From NCBI RefSeq assembly GCF_009914755.1, contig NC_060926.1: a stretch of DNA of 64,000 bases. One strand, 5' to 3'. The number at the start of each line of letters is the position of its first letter. The first letter of the stretch is position 1. The stretch comes from the human T2T-CHM13v2.0 reference genome, Homo sapiens. The notes below the pieces were generated by a model that did not search any database, was not told the DNA's origin, and worked only from the letters and a program-made list of their open reading frames with translations. Made by a program: the position numbers and the translations under genes. Shown one piece after another: positions 47,589 to 64,000 of the stretch.

Positions 47589-49024
47589 TGAGAGGTGACA
47601 GAGTGCTGGCAGTCCTCACAGCCCTCGCTCGCTCTTGGCGCCTCCTCTGCGTGGGCTCCCATTTTGGCGGCACTTGAGGAGGCCTTCAGCCCACCACTGC
47701 GGTGTGGGAGCCCCTTTCTGGGCTGGCCAAGGCCGGAGCCCACTCCCTCAGCTTGCAGGGAGGTGTGGAGGGAGAGGCGCGAGCGGGAACCAGGGCTGTG
47801 TGCGGCGCTTGCGGGCCAGCTGGAGTTCGGTGGGCGTGGGCTTGGCGGGCCCGGCACTCGGAGCAGCCGGCCGGCCCTGCCGGCCTCGGGCAATGAGGGA
47901 ATTAGCACCCGGGCCAGCGGCTGCAGAGGGTGTACTGGGTTCCCCAGCAGTGCCAGCCCACCCGCGCTGCACTAGATTTCTCACTGGGCCTTAGCTGCCT
48001 TCCCGCGGGGCAGGCCTCGGGACTGCAGCCCGCCATGCCTGAGCCTTCCCCCGCCTCCATGGATTCCTGTGCAGCCCGAGCCTCCCAGATGAGCGCCACC
48101 CCGTGCTCCACAGCGCCCAGTCCCATCGACCACCCAAGGGCTGAGGAGTGCGAGCACATGGCGCGGGACTGGCAGGCAGCTCCACCTGCAGCCCCGGTGC
48201 GGGATCCACTGGGTGAAGCCAGCTGGGCTCCCGAGTCTGGTGGGGACGTGGAGAATCTTTATGTCTAGCTCAGGGATTGTAAATACACCAATCAGCACTC
48301 TGTATCTAGCTCAAGGTTTGTAAACACACCAGTCAGCACCCTGTGTCTAGCTCAGGGTTTGTGAGTGCACCAATCGACACTCTGTATCTAGCTGCTCTGG
48401 TGGGGCCTTGGAGAACCTTTGTGTCCATACTCTGCATCTAACTAATCTGATGGGGACGAGGCGAACCTTTGTATCTAGCTCAGGGATTGTAAACGCACCA
48501 ATCAGCGCCCTGTCAAAACAGGCCACTGGGCTCTACCAATCAGCAGGATGTGGGTGGGGCCAGATAAGAGAATAAAAGCAGGCTGCCTGCGCTAGCACTG
48601 GCAACCTGCTTGGGTCCCCTTCCACACTGTGGAAGCTTTATTCTTTCGCTCTTTGCAATAAATCTTGCTACTGCTCACTCTTTGGGTCCATGCTGCTTTT
48701 AAGAGCTGTAACGCTCACCGCGAAGGTCTGTAGCTTCACTCCTGAAGCCAGCGAGACCACGAGCCCACCGGGAGGAACAAACAACTCCAGATGCGCTGCC
48801 TTAAGAGCTGTAACACTCACGGGGAAGGTCTGCAGCTTCACTCCTGAGCCAGCGAGACCACGAACCGGGCGGGAACACCAGAAGGAAGAAACTCCGAACC
48901 TATCCGACCATCAGAAGGAACAAACTCCAGACGCGCCACCTTAAGAGCTGTAACACTCACCGCGAGGGTCTGCGGCTTCATTCTTAAAGTCAGTGAGACC
49001 AAGAACCCACCAATTCTGGACACA
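47589..49024 (+). mobile_element. Full-length solo LTR12C/D (ERV9)
   Basis: tgagaggtgacag...ccaattctggacaca with 4-bp TSD GTAT (47585-47588 and 49025-49028). CpG-rich U3, tandem CCAAT units, and U5 repeats (ttaagagctgtaac). Confidence 0.96.
48260..48600 (+). promoter_or_regulatory. LTR12 enhancer/promoter core
   Basis: CCAAT at 48288, 48370, 48498 and 48536; GGGTGGGGC at 48552; AGATAA at 48562; AATAAAA TATA-like box at 48571. Confidence 0.65.
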
Positions 49025-49125
49025 GTATCAGTGCAAGCCAGGAGAGAATGCAACAACTTTAAAGTATTAAGGATTATTTAGCTGAATAAAGTATTATTCA
49101 AGAGTGAGGTTAAAGTACAGACATC

Positions 49126-49460
<335 letters not shown>

Positions 49461-49489
49461 CTAAGGCTATATATTTTCCTCCAAGCAGT

Positions 49490-52010
49490 TCAAGTTGCAT
49501 TCTAACAGTTTTTTAATCATTTTAATTATCATTCAGTTTGAATATTTTCTAATTTTAATTGAAATTTCTTTTTGACCCATGAGTTATTGAGAAGTGTATT
49601 AATTTTCAAATATACACAGATATTCTAATCAACTTTTTAAAAAATTTCTGGCGTATTTGTATTAGGATATAGAAAAATTTTGTATGATTTCAACCCTTTG
49701 AAACCTTTTGAAACTGCATTGACTTTCACAATAATTTTAGTGTTTCATATGTACTTAAAAAGAATGTGTATTTTCTTCTTGTTGGGTGCAGAATTTCATT
49801 TAGGTCAAATCTCTCTGTCTTTGTCTGCTTGTTTTATCAGTTGCTAAGGAAAGTATGCCTAAATCTTTCAGTAGGATTTTTATTTTTTTCTATTTGCTTT
49901 ATGTATTTAGAGGCTATCTTAATAGAAGCATACAAATTTAGATTTTGTTATCTTATGTATTAGCCTTTATCATTATTAAATGTTTTTCTTTTTCTCTGGT
50001 AATGCATTTTGTCTTAAAGTCTACTTTGACATAAATTCAGCTATTCTAGCTTTGTTTTGGCTAGAGTCTGTAGGACATATCTTTTTTGGTTCTTTTATTT
50101 TTTAATTTTTTGTTGGTTTGTTTTTGAGATGGAGTCTTGCTGTTACCCAGGCTGGAGTGCAATGGTGTGATCTTGGCTGTCACTGCAGCCTCTGCCTCCC
50201 AGGTTCAAGCAATTCTCCTGCCTCATCCCCCTGAGTAGATGGGACTATAGGCACCACCGCACCTGGCTAATTTTTGTATTTTTAGTAGAGATGGGGTTTC
50301 ACCATGTTGGCCAGGCTGGTGTTGAACTCGTGACCTCAGGTGATCCACCTGCCTCTGGCTCCCAAAGTGCTGGGATACAGGCATGAGCCACCACGCTTGG
50401 CCTGTTCTTTTATATTTAACCTTTCTGTGGCTTTAGATATGTCTCATAAACAGCAAGTGAGTGAATTTTTTAATCCAAGATAATAACCTTTGTCTTTTAA
50501 TTGGAATATTTAGTTCATTTATGTGCAACACAACTAGTAATATATTTGGGTTTAAATCTTCCATCTTAATAATCTTTACATTTGTCCCCCATATTTTGAA
50601 TTGCTTTTTTATTCCTTTTTCACTTTTCCTGGCTTGGCCATTTTATATTTTTCCATTTTTAAGTCTTTTGTTAGCTTGAAATGTATACACTCTTATTATT
50701 ATTTTAGTGTTTATCTTAGAAATTAAATCATGTGGGCAGACCTATCTTATAAAAGCCAAATATAAATCAATATAAATCAGGACTTTTAACATCTTCCCAG
50801 ACCATGCATTTACCCCTTCCTGACTTATAGGCCATTGTTTTCATAGATTTAATTCTCTACATTTTTTTCACCATATATTTTTTGGTCCAATAAGACGTTG
50901 TTTTGTAAAGTTCATGTTCATTTATGTTTTCCCATATACTTGCATCTTCATCGCTCTTCATTGCTTCCTGAATCTCCACCTTCCTGTCGGGGATCCTTCT
51001 CTTTTCTGCCAGGATAAAGAAACCTAGTGTTTTCCTTAAGGAGATTGATTCTTTCTGGAGTGTTTTCCTTCTGGAGATGGATTCTTTCAGTGTTTGTTTT
51101 TGTTTTCTTCTTATCTGAAAATGCCTTTTTAAATCTTAATTCCTTGCATTTTGTGTATAGAAGTGGACTCTTTATAGATGCCATTACATTGTGTTCTGAT
51201 TTCCATTGCTTCTGTTGAAACATCAGCTGTTCTAACTTCTGCACTTCAGAGTCAGCCTGACTCCTCCTCGGACTCCACACAGCATTTTATCTGTGTCTGG
51301 TGTTTCAGCAGTCTTAAAGATGTGCCCAGATGTGGTTATTTGAAATTTTACTCAGCTTACAGTCCATAGGGATTCTTGGATTCATGGCTTGATGTCTGTC
51401 ACTTATTTTGGAAAATTCTCAGCCATTCTTTTCAAACATTGCTTCCAGCATTCCCTCTGTCTCATCTTTTGGGACTGTAATTACATGGAAACTTCCCTGT
51501 GAATGAATGTGCAGCATCTCTCGCCTTCTCCTCTGTGCTTGCTGTCCTTTTGTCTCTGTCTGTTTTTCTCTGAATCTTTCTGTCTGACCTCTCTTCTTTA
51601 TTCAGCTGTACCTAATATGTTGTTAAACATATTCATTGAGTTTGTTTCCAGTTATTGAATACTTTGACTCAAGAGCTTCCGTTTGTTTCTTTCCTGGAGT
51701 TTTTACTTCTCCATTGAGATAGTCAACCTTGCCTTCTACCTCCGTGAGCCCGCGAGTATATTAGTGCTAACGTTTGTGTTTAGCGACGCCATCATCTGGA
51801 CCTCTTGTGGATCTGCAGCTATTGAAGTTACCTCCTGTTGTGCATGTTGCCTCTCCTCCACATGTGCCTGGTTATATTTTATTTGGTTATGAATAAAGTA
51901 TCTGCAGAATACTTTATGACAATAATTTTTGGCTTATGATGATATTATCTTTCTCCAGAGAGGATTTATATTTGCTTCTGCCAAGGAACTCTGAGAACTA
52001 GCAATTAAGG
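49490..52010 (-). mobile_element. Old, highly diverged L1M(E) fragments
   Basis: T-rich antisense L1-like sequence (ttttgacccatgagttatt, ttttggaaaattctcagccatt). Confidence 0.6.
50091..50402 (-). mobile_element. AluS element
   Basis: Antisense dimer. Confidence 0.9.
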
Positions 52011-52198
52011 TTACTTCGGTCCAATTTCTAATTATTTAGAGCTGAGCCACGTCCTGCAGGGGCCTCTCCATGTAGAACTCGCCCATGCTTCTAGCTTACA
52101 GCCATGCGTAGTCCCACCACAAAGTGAGATCTCCACTGTCACCCCTTGGGGCACTCTTGCATCCAGTTGCTCTCACCCCAGCCCCTTGAAGTTATTAA

Positions 52199-52511
<313 letters not shown>

Positions 52512-54029
52512 TATTCAGCCTTTCAACCATACTTCTGTTTCATCAGGAATGGGCACCCTGGCTCCCCAGGCAAGGCAGCCCTGCACACTCGGCTTACCTG
52601 CCTGTGCCCGTTCCCTCTGTGTCCTAACCTGGCTGTTCTTCGCATTTTAGTAGCCGTCTCGTGTCTTGAAGTGCATGTGTTTTATATTTTGTCTAGTTTT
52701 TCTAACTGTTCTCCACTAGTGAATTTTTTGAATTATAGACTGCCATTACCAAAAGCAGAAGTCACTTATCGTTATATTTTTAAGACCTCTGTTGCTGTGT
52801 ATATTTTCAGTCCTTTGATTCTCTCTGTAGTCCATGATGTGCATCTCCCACATTTTATCAATTATTCCAGTGATAAATACCTGGATTGCCTTCAACTGTC
52901 TACTGGCACAATCAGTATCACAAAAAATCTAGTGTTGTAAATGTCCCATTGTAAACTGTGTCAGAATTTTGGTGGATGCCTATCCAGGAAGAGACTGCTG
53001 GGCCTTAGAGAATACCTGCATTTGTTTTAATTAAATGCTACCCAGTGACTTTTTCAGAATGTGCGCACCAGTATACTCTCCACCAACAGCATGAGACTTC
53101 CTGCATCCTCCATACCACCACCAAAACCCAGAATCTTCCAACTTTGTAATTTTCTTCAAGTCTATTGGATGTAAAGTGACAAGTCATCATTTTAATTTGC
53201 ATTTCTCCAATTACAATCTTTCTGTTTGGGTTTCTGTCTTTTTCTTGTTGATTTGCAAGAGCTCCTTTTATATTTTGAATATATTATTCTTTGTTGGATA
53301 TAAATATTGCAAATATATTCTCACAGTCTGTCAGCTAACTGCCATCTTATCTTTTACTGCATAAAAATCGAGCAATCACTATTGCTGGTTTATGGCTTCT
53401 GCCTTGTGCTATTACTAAAGAAGTCACTGCCCTTATTTATCTTATATTATGAACTTTTAATTTTATACATTTCTATTCATGTACAAGGCTTTAGGTCAAG
53501 TGGAGCCCCCTTTTGTGTGTGTTGATGGGGATCCAGCTTCCCTTTCCCCACAAGGCTTTTATTGTTCAGCTCGTTTTGCTATTATGAATACAACCTTCTA
53601 GCAGGTTGTTATTGCTGGTGTAATTTAAAAAATACTTTAAAGCATCTATCTGAACTCTCTTACTAGTTCTCATAGTTTGATGCTTTTGTTATGTATTTTT
53701 TTTCTTGGTAGATGATTACGTCATTTCTAAATTGTGACTTCTTTTTCTCCTATAATCCAGTGCCTTTTGTTTCTTGTGCTTCACTTACAGCATAAGCAAG
53801 ATCTCTGGCTTCCTGGTAAACAGCAGCAGGCATCACGTGCATTCTTCTCTGGTTTTCTGTCTTGAAGCAAACCCATCTTAACTTTCTCCATTACATAGAG
53901 TGTGTGCCGCGGATTTTGGCAATAACCTTTGTGAAGTTGAGATAGTTTCTATGTTGAGCAGTTCTAATCCTAATTCTGCAAGGTTGAAGCTGGTAATGAG
54001 TGCATAGACTGTATTTTCTGCCTTCGTAT

Positions 54030-54545
54030 ATGGCCTGTTCTGCTTTAATGCTTGTTTTGAAAACTCAAATTTGTTCCAAAATGATTGATGTGTTAGGGAA
54101 CCGTTTGAGTATAATGCAAATTTCATGTTAGCTTATGTGCAATTTCATCCACTAGAAACACCAGGTGAATGCAGAATACTGCCCCCCCTTAATGCAGAAT
54201 ATTGCCCCCCATGTGCCCCAAGAGTGGAGCTGCATAGGAACACACAGACGCACACCTCCCCCAGGAGCAGAGCTTCGTAGGAACACACAGACGCACACCT
54301 GGGATAGTGTCCAGCTATACATGGATTCACTCTGTGTGTCATGAGCCACACCACCACTTCTGGAGTCACAGCTTGCCTCTGACCTCAGAGACCCCTTCTT
54401 TCACCACTTCCCACTAACTCATAAGCTCTTGATGCCCACTTCTACATGCAAATCACAAGTCTTTTTCACATAGTGCCATACTTATTGTAGTATTTATATA
54501 TTTCCTAACCTTTTAGCATGTGTAAAATTGTGCTATCATTGTTAA
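54030..54545. mobile_element. Old Tigger-family DNA transposon fragment (Tigger13a-like)
   Basis: tgcttgttttgaaaactcaaatttgttccaa...ggtgaatgcagaa resembles the remembered consensus. Confidence 0.5.
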
Positions 54546-54554
54546 CATGAATGG

Positions 54555-55885
<1,331 letters not shown>

Positions 55886-55961
55886 GTGCTAACATTTTGA
55901 ATAAACTCCTATCTTTTTGTAGATGTGTTACTAACCAAGTTTTTGAGTGTTGTTTCCCTAA

Positions 55962-56333
<372 letters not shown>

Positions 56334-56449
56334 AGCATAGTGCTTTTTAAGATCATATTTATTCTGTTACAGCAGAACTACCTGTATTTAGGAATTTCCA
56401 TAATAAAATGTTTTCAGTGTTTTAAATAAAAAGATAAAAAAGAAGAAAA

Positions 56450-58385
<1,936 letters not shown>

Positions 58386-58622
58386 TTAGTTTACGTTTAT
58401 TGAACAAATACTTACTGAGAATCTACTGGCTGCAGGGCTCTGTTCTGGATGCTTGGAGTACAGTGGTAAACAAGGTGCACGCAATGCCCTGTCTTCATGG
58501 AGCTTGCCGACTTTAAAATGTTTAAAAATTTAAAAGCTTTAATGCTCAAAATAATTTTTGAAAAGATTAATATGTAGCTAATCTCTTTACTCCTGGAATT
58601 AGACACTTAAAAAGCTGTGAGG

Positions 58623-59092
<470 letters not shown>

Positions 59093-60400
59093 TCACTGCT
59101 CTTTGTAAAATCAGCCTCCGCTGCTGGAACGGACAGTCTGAATGAACTGTTGGTCGGCTTCCTATATTAGTTTTTCAACATTGTTGGTTTACACTTCTGA
59201 GTTCATAGAATGAGCACCCTAGCCCTATGGTTTTGTAAGTAGTCACCTAAAGGGAACTGTTTTAATGAATAAACAGGGATGGCTTTTAATTACTACATTT
59301 GCTGAATAGATATTTTTGCACCCCAACTTTGTGCAAGACACTAGGATAGGGACTGTTCGGACAAGAGGGCAACAAGCAAAGATCCCTGCTCTGGGAGGTC
59401 CCGCAGTGCCTCTGGTATGAACAGCGTTAGTAACAGTGACCTTGACGATGGGGCATTCGCTGTTCTACCTCAGGCATCAACTCTCTAAAGCACTGAGCCA
59501 TGACGAGGCCAGGGGAATGGAGGACCATCCCGCACGCACTCTGTACCCAGAGGTCCAGGTCATGCCGTAAGACACACCCCCTCTGCACCTCAGTTCCTGA
59601 TTTATAAAACAATGGCCATTCCTGTTCCACACTGTTTCTGTATGAAGTGAAATGATCTACATGAATGCTCCTGGCACATGATGACCACTCAGTGGATTCC
59701 AGTTTCTTCCTTCTTGATCGTGAGACGCATCTCTCGTCATTTCTGCAGTATTCCCTGAAGCTTCTTTAAGCAGAGTTCTGGCCAAGGCAGAGACCCTTAG
59801 TAAGCACCAGTTGATGGGAAGGCACAATTCACTGGGTCCCTAGATGCACCAGGCTGAGTTGCCTGTGGACAGGTGGGTGAAAATCTGGAAGCTTCTCTGT
59901 CCATACTTGCCTGTCAATGAGGAAGAAGATGGCCCCGCAGTACGTGAGGTCAGCCTGAGTGACACTCCTGTTAAGATAGGGATAATCCTTTCTGATCTCT
60001 CATTTAGTCTGCCTTGCTTTGGATAGTATGTGATGGCAGTTGCTAGACCGAGCCTGAAATGCAGAAATGCCAGGGCAAAGATGACATCTGACAACATAGC
60101 CTAGATATGTCAGTCAGCTAATGACTTCAGATCAGTCTTCTGGGAAGTAGGCTTTTCTGAAATCGATGGGCTTAATTAGAAAGAACTTAACTAGGGTAAC
60201 TGGGTAATAACGACCTGGAAATATTTATACAGGGACCCTTCACAAGTTTTCACCGAAACAGGACTTTTAAAAAAATCCTAAGCCTTCAGCAGCCAAAGGA
60301 GCATCTTTGGTTGGGAGAGATGGGGATAGGAGGATCTTCACTCCCTACATAGAGCCCCTGCACACCCTGGGGACACCAGACCCACCTCTGGGAAAGATAA

Positions 60401-60785
<385 letters not shown>

Positions 60786-62135
60786 CTCTCTGTTTTTTAA
60801 ACCACATTCGGAAGTATTTCACTCCCTAATTGTCTTTTCCTCAAAGTAAGGAGACAGCCACTGGGAGGTGAATGGGTGGCCAAGCCCACTTGGTGGCAGA
60901 GTGCGGCCCTCCTTGTCACACAGCCCGGCCTCGATGGTCCTTCCAGGCCTGACCCGGCCGTGAGCGCCTGCCATCCTCAGCCCTCTTTCTAGGGTGTGGT
61001 GTCTCTGTCCCACCCCGGCCTCACAGAACTCAGGTCCAGATCTCTGTGAATGATGGAGAGGATGAAGAATAGTCTGCCCTGGGGACACAACACACTTTGG
61101 CTGAACCCTTCTGGCAACCACATCTCTGCTGTTTTATTTACTCCAGTGTCTGGTGTGGGCAAATAGCTTGCAGGTGGCTTTGTGGCTGCCCCATGGCGGG
61201 TACAGGAGCAACCCCATTCCCTCCTCCAAAGTTTGGTTTGGATGTGGAGAAGGATAACACCACACACACACCAGGAGGGTGGGGAAAGCTTGTGGTTGGT
61301 GCCCTGGGGCTTTCTGTGAGAGCAGGGCAGACTGCAGCCCAGCTGGAACAGCTGCAGCAAAGGGGGCCCTGGGTGGCTGAGTATGGCTGAGGGCTGTATG
61401 GTGGTGAGGAGGGAGCCAGGGTGAGAGTCCTGCCACCCCTCGCCTGGGGTTTGCATTGATTTTGCAGTTATGGGGCAAGAGAGGAAGAGGATGGGGCTGG
61501 AAGCCATCCGCAGTCAGCAGTGGGCTGATATCTGTCACGCTCTGGGGGCAGAGCTGACTTGACTGTGTCCTGTGAGGGACACAGCAGCAGCCTGAAGAGG
61601 GCTCGGCCTCATTCCTCACATCCAGGTAGAAATCGGGAAGTGCAGCCAGGGTAAGCCCTCCCCGGTGAGCTACCGATGACATGGGGTGTCCCACACAGGG
61701 CTGCCCTCCAGCAGCAGGGCCCTCCCACAACAGCCACTCCCTGCCGTCCTCAGGCTCCCATGGGGCTCCAAGTCCCAGCTTTCTCCTGACATGGGAGACT
61801 GCCCAGTCCTGTTCTGTGTTGAAGTGCGCCTCTGGGGGTCATTTACTTGCATCTGAGATCTGTGAGTGAGATTTCTATATGTTAAGAAAAGCTGGGACCC
61901 TGGAGATGCTTCCCAGGCTGCCCTAGTCTTCCCAGTCCCAGGGGCTTGGCCACGTACCCCGCAGCGTGCAGAAGATGCAGGGGAGCTGGCCTGTGTCCTC
62001 AGGTGGGAGGGGAGGGGCGGGAGTGCCCAGCGCCCCAGGGGCCAGGCTGTGTGGGCACTGGGGGGAGATGCGCCGTGGACCACAGGGACCCGTGGTGCTG
62101 GGCAGCTTCCCGGCAAAAGGTCTGGAAGGTGTGTC

Positions 62136-62735
62136 TGTAGTAGACAGAATTCTCAGGATGCTCCCAAAACCTCTGCCCACTGGTTAGCCAGACACAAATC
62201 TAGGAACTTCCTGCAAGGGACTTTGCAGATAGGACTGAGGTTGCTAATGAGCTGACCTTAACATAGGGAGATAGTTCTGGATTATCTGGGTAGGTCCAGC
62301 ATAATCATATGAGCCCTTAAAAGCAGCCGAAGAAGCCAGGAGAGGAGCTAAGAGAGATTGAAAGAGAAGGAACTCAACCCACCATTGTGGGGAGGAGACC
62401 TGTTCCCCGCCATTGGTCATCCTTGGAAGATGGTAATAGCCCCTGGGCATCACAAGGCAATTCAGCCACCCAGGGACCTCAGTCCGACAGCACTCTGGAA
62501 CTACATCTGCCTGTAATCTGAATGAGACTGCGAGTTGATTCAGCCGCAGAGCCTCCAGAAAGGGACACAGCCGCGATGACACCTTAATTTAGGCTCTCTG
62601 TGACTCCAAGCAGAGAACCCACTGAGCCACACTGTGCCCAGCCCTTTGACCTACAGAAACAGATAACAAATGTATGTGCTGTTAAGCCTCTAAATGCAGG
62701 TTAATTTGTTTCAGCAGCAATAGGAAAATAATACA
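62136..62735 (+). mobile_element. MLT1 (D/E-like) MaLR LTR
   Basis: tgtagtagacagaat...gggactttgcagat...ggattatctgggtaggtcc...cagcagcaataggaaaataataca. Confidence 0.8.
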
Positions 62736-64000
62736 TGCATCCCTGCCCGTGGGAGTCACATGGCCCAGGGCCTTAGCAGCGGCCCAGGAGCTGGCTGGCT
62801 GTCAGTCACTGAGAAGATGATGAGGGACTGTCAGCCGTTAGGGAATGCCATCCAGGAGCCGTTTGTCTACTATTCACTAGTTAGGGAATGGGGAGCTAAT
62901 TTGCATTTTAATGCTAGATTCTCACCATTTTCCCAAACAGGAAATCCTTCCAGAGTAGAATCTTAGCACTTACCTAGGCATCTTTTATGCTTTTGGGGTT
63001 CTGTGCCCTATCCCTCTGGTCTTGCCTGGACTGGGGAGTGGGACTGTTAAGCAAAGAGCAGATTAGGTGAGGCCACCCACCAAAGTACCAACACCTAGGT
63101 GCGGGGAGTTGGTCTGAAGAGAGGCTGAAAGACCAAGTCCAAGTCATGAAGGGAAGCAAAAGGCCAAGTCATTGGCTAAGTCCGAAGGATAAAATGGGGC
63201 CAAAAGTAGGCCAGGTGGTCCTGCTGAACACAGTTGGGTACTTGTAAGGGATTGGGAGGTGGACTGTAGGTAAAATTGGTCACCCTGTGGCTTAAGATTG
63301 AGGCAAGGCTGTCACAATGACATACATCTTCCACCAAAATACAAGGCATAGGGTGTAGGAAATTACAGTGAAATTGCAGAAGAAATTCTAATTGAAGGGA
63401 TCCAGCAAAGAGTAAAGGCGTTTGTCATGGAGACTGCTGTGACATTAATTTATGGACCTACTATGTTCTCAGTCCTCTATGTGGAAGATGTCTTCACTCT
63501 AGATGGTGGGCACCATTATGATCCCTGACTGTCCCCAGCCTCTGTGTCTATTCCAAGGAGCCTCCAGCTTCTCTATCCTTGTGACTGGAGTCAGCCAGTG
63601 CTTAAGGGGAAAGTGGCCCAAATGCTGAATTTATGTCCCTGTCCTCTCCTCTCCTCCATCATAGCCCTGCAGTTTCCTCTTTCTTTAATATCTTTCTGGT
63701 ACCTTCAAATAGATAGTTATTACTTTTTCACTCAAGTTTTTAAGCTCTTCTTACTTTTTATAGGCTAGGGTATTTTCCTCTTTTTTATTCATTCTTCACA
63801 GATATTATTTTAAAATATAAACGTGTTTGTTGCTTTTTCTGATTGTGAAGCTAATATATTCATCTTGGCAAATCCAACATAACAGAAAATAATTAGAGTT
63901 AAATTCACCTGAAATCCTACCATCCAAAAATAGATACTGTTAACTATTTCGTATGCAACCTTTTGTATATCTATGCCTTTTCATTGTTTGTCTTTTTATT

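Noticed and set aside
47600-48250. Second CpG island or gene start with ORFs
   Set aside because: It lies entirely within the CpG-rich U3 of the LTR12 element.
48260-49000. Regularly spaced repeats resembling a CRISPR array
   Set aside because: They are the known U3 and U5 tandem units of LTR12, with no unique spacers or cas genes, in primate DNA.

Overview
Primate (almost certainly human) euchromatic DNA, dense in Alu, L1 and LTR repeats. It contains no complete protein-coding gene. A CpG island at about 19.5-20.65 kb ends in a consensus + strand splice donor (CCG|GTAAGG, 20571/20572), so it reads as the promoter and first exon of a gene whose large first intron probably fills the rest of the window. 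I tentatively recall this as SPECC1 on 17p11.2, but cannot verify that. Nearly all ORF-track entries come from repeats or low-complexity DNA. The most notable structures are: (1) an L1PA2/3-type insertion with a 13-bp TSD, a twin-primed double-inverted 5' end and a ~1 kb 3' transduction (12382-14297); (2) a two-LTR MER83-like provirus with a tRNA-Glu primer-binding site and polypurine tract, which splits a ~1.5 kb TG-rich tract (34105-42049); (3) a solo LTR12C/D in sense orientation within the intron, with an intact CCAAT/GATA promoter core; (4) several candidate unannotated exons. I find no evidence for a new multi-gene system. Repeat subfamily names come from remembered consensus sequences and need RepeatMasker/Dfam confirmation.
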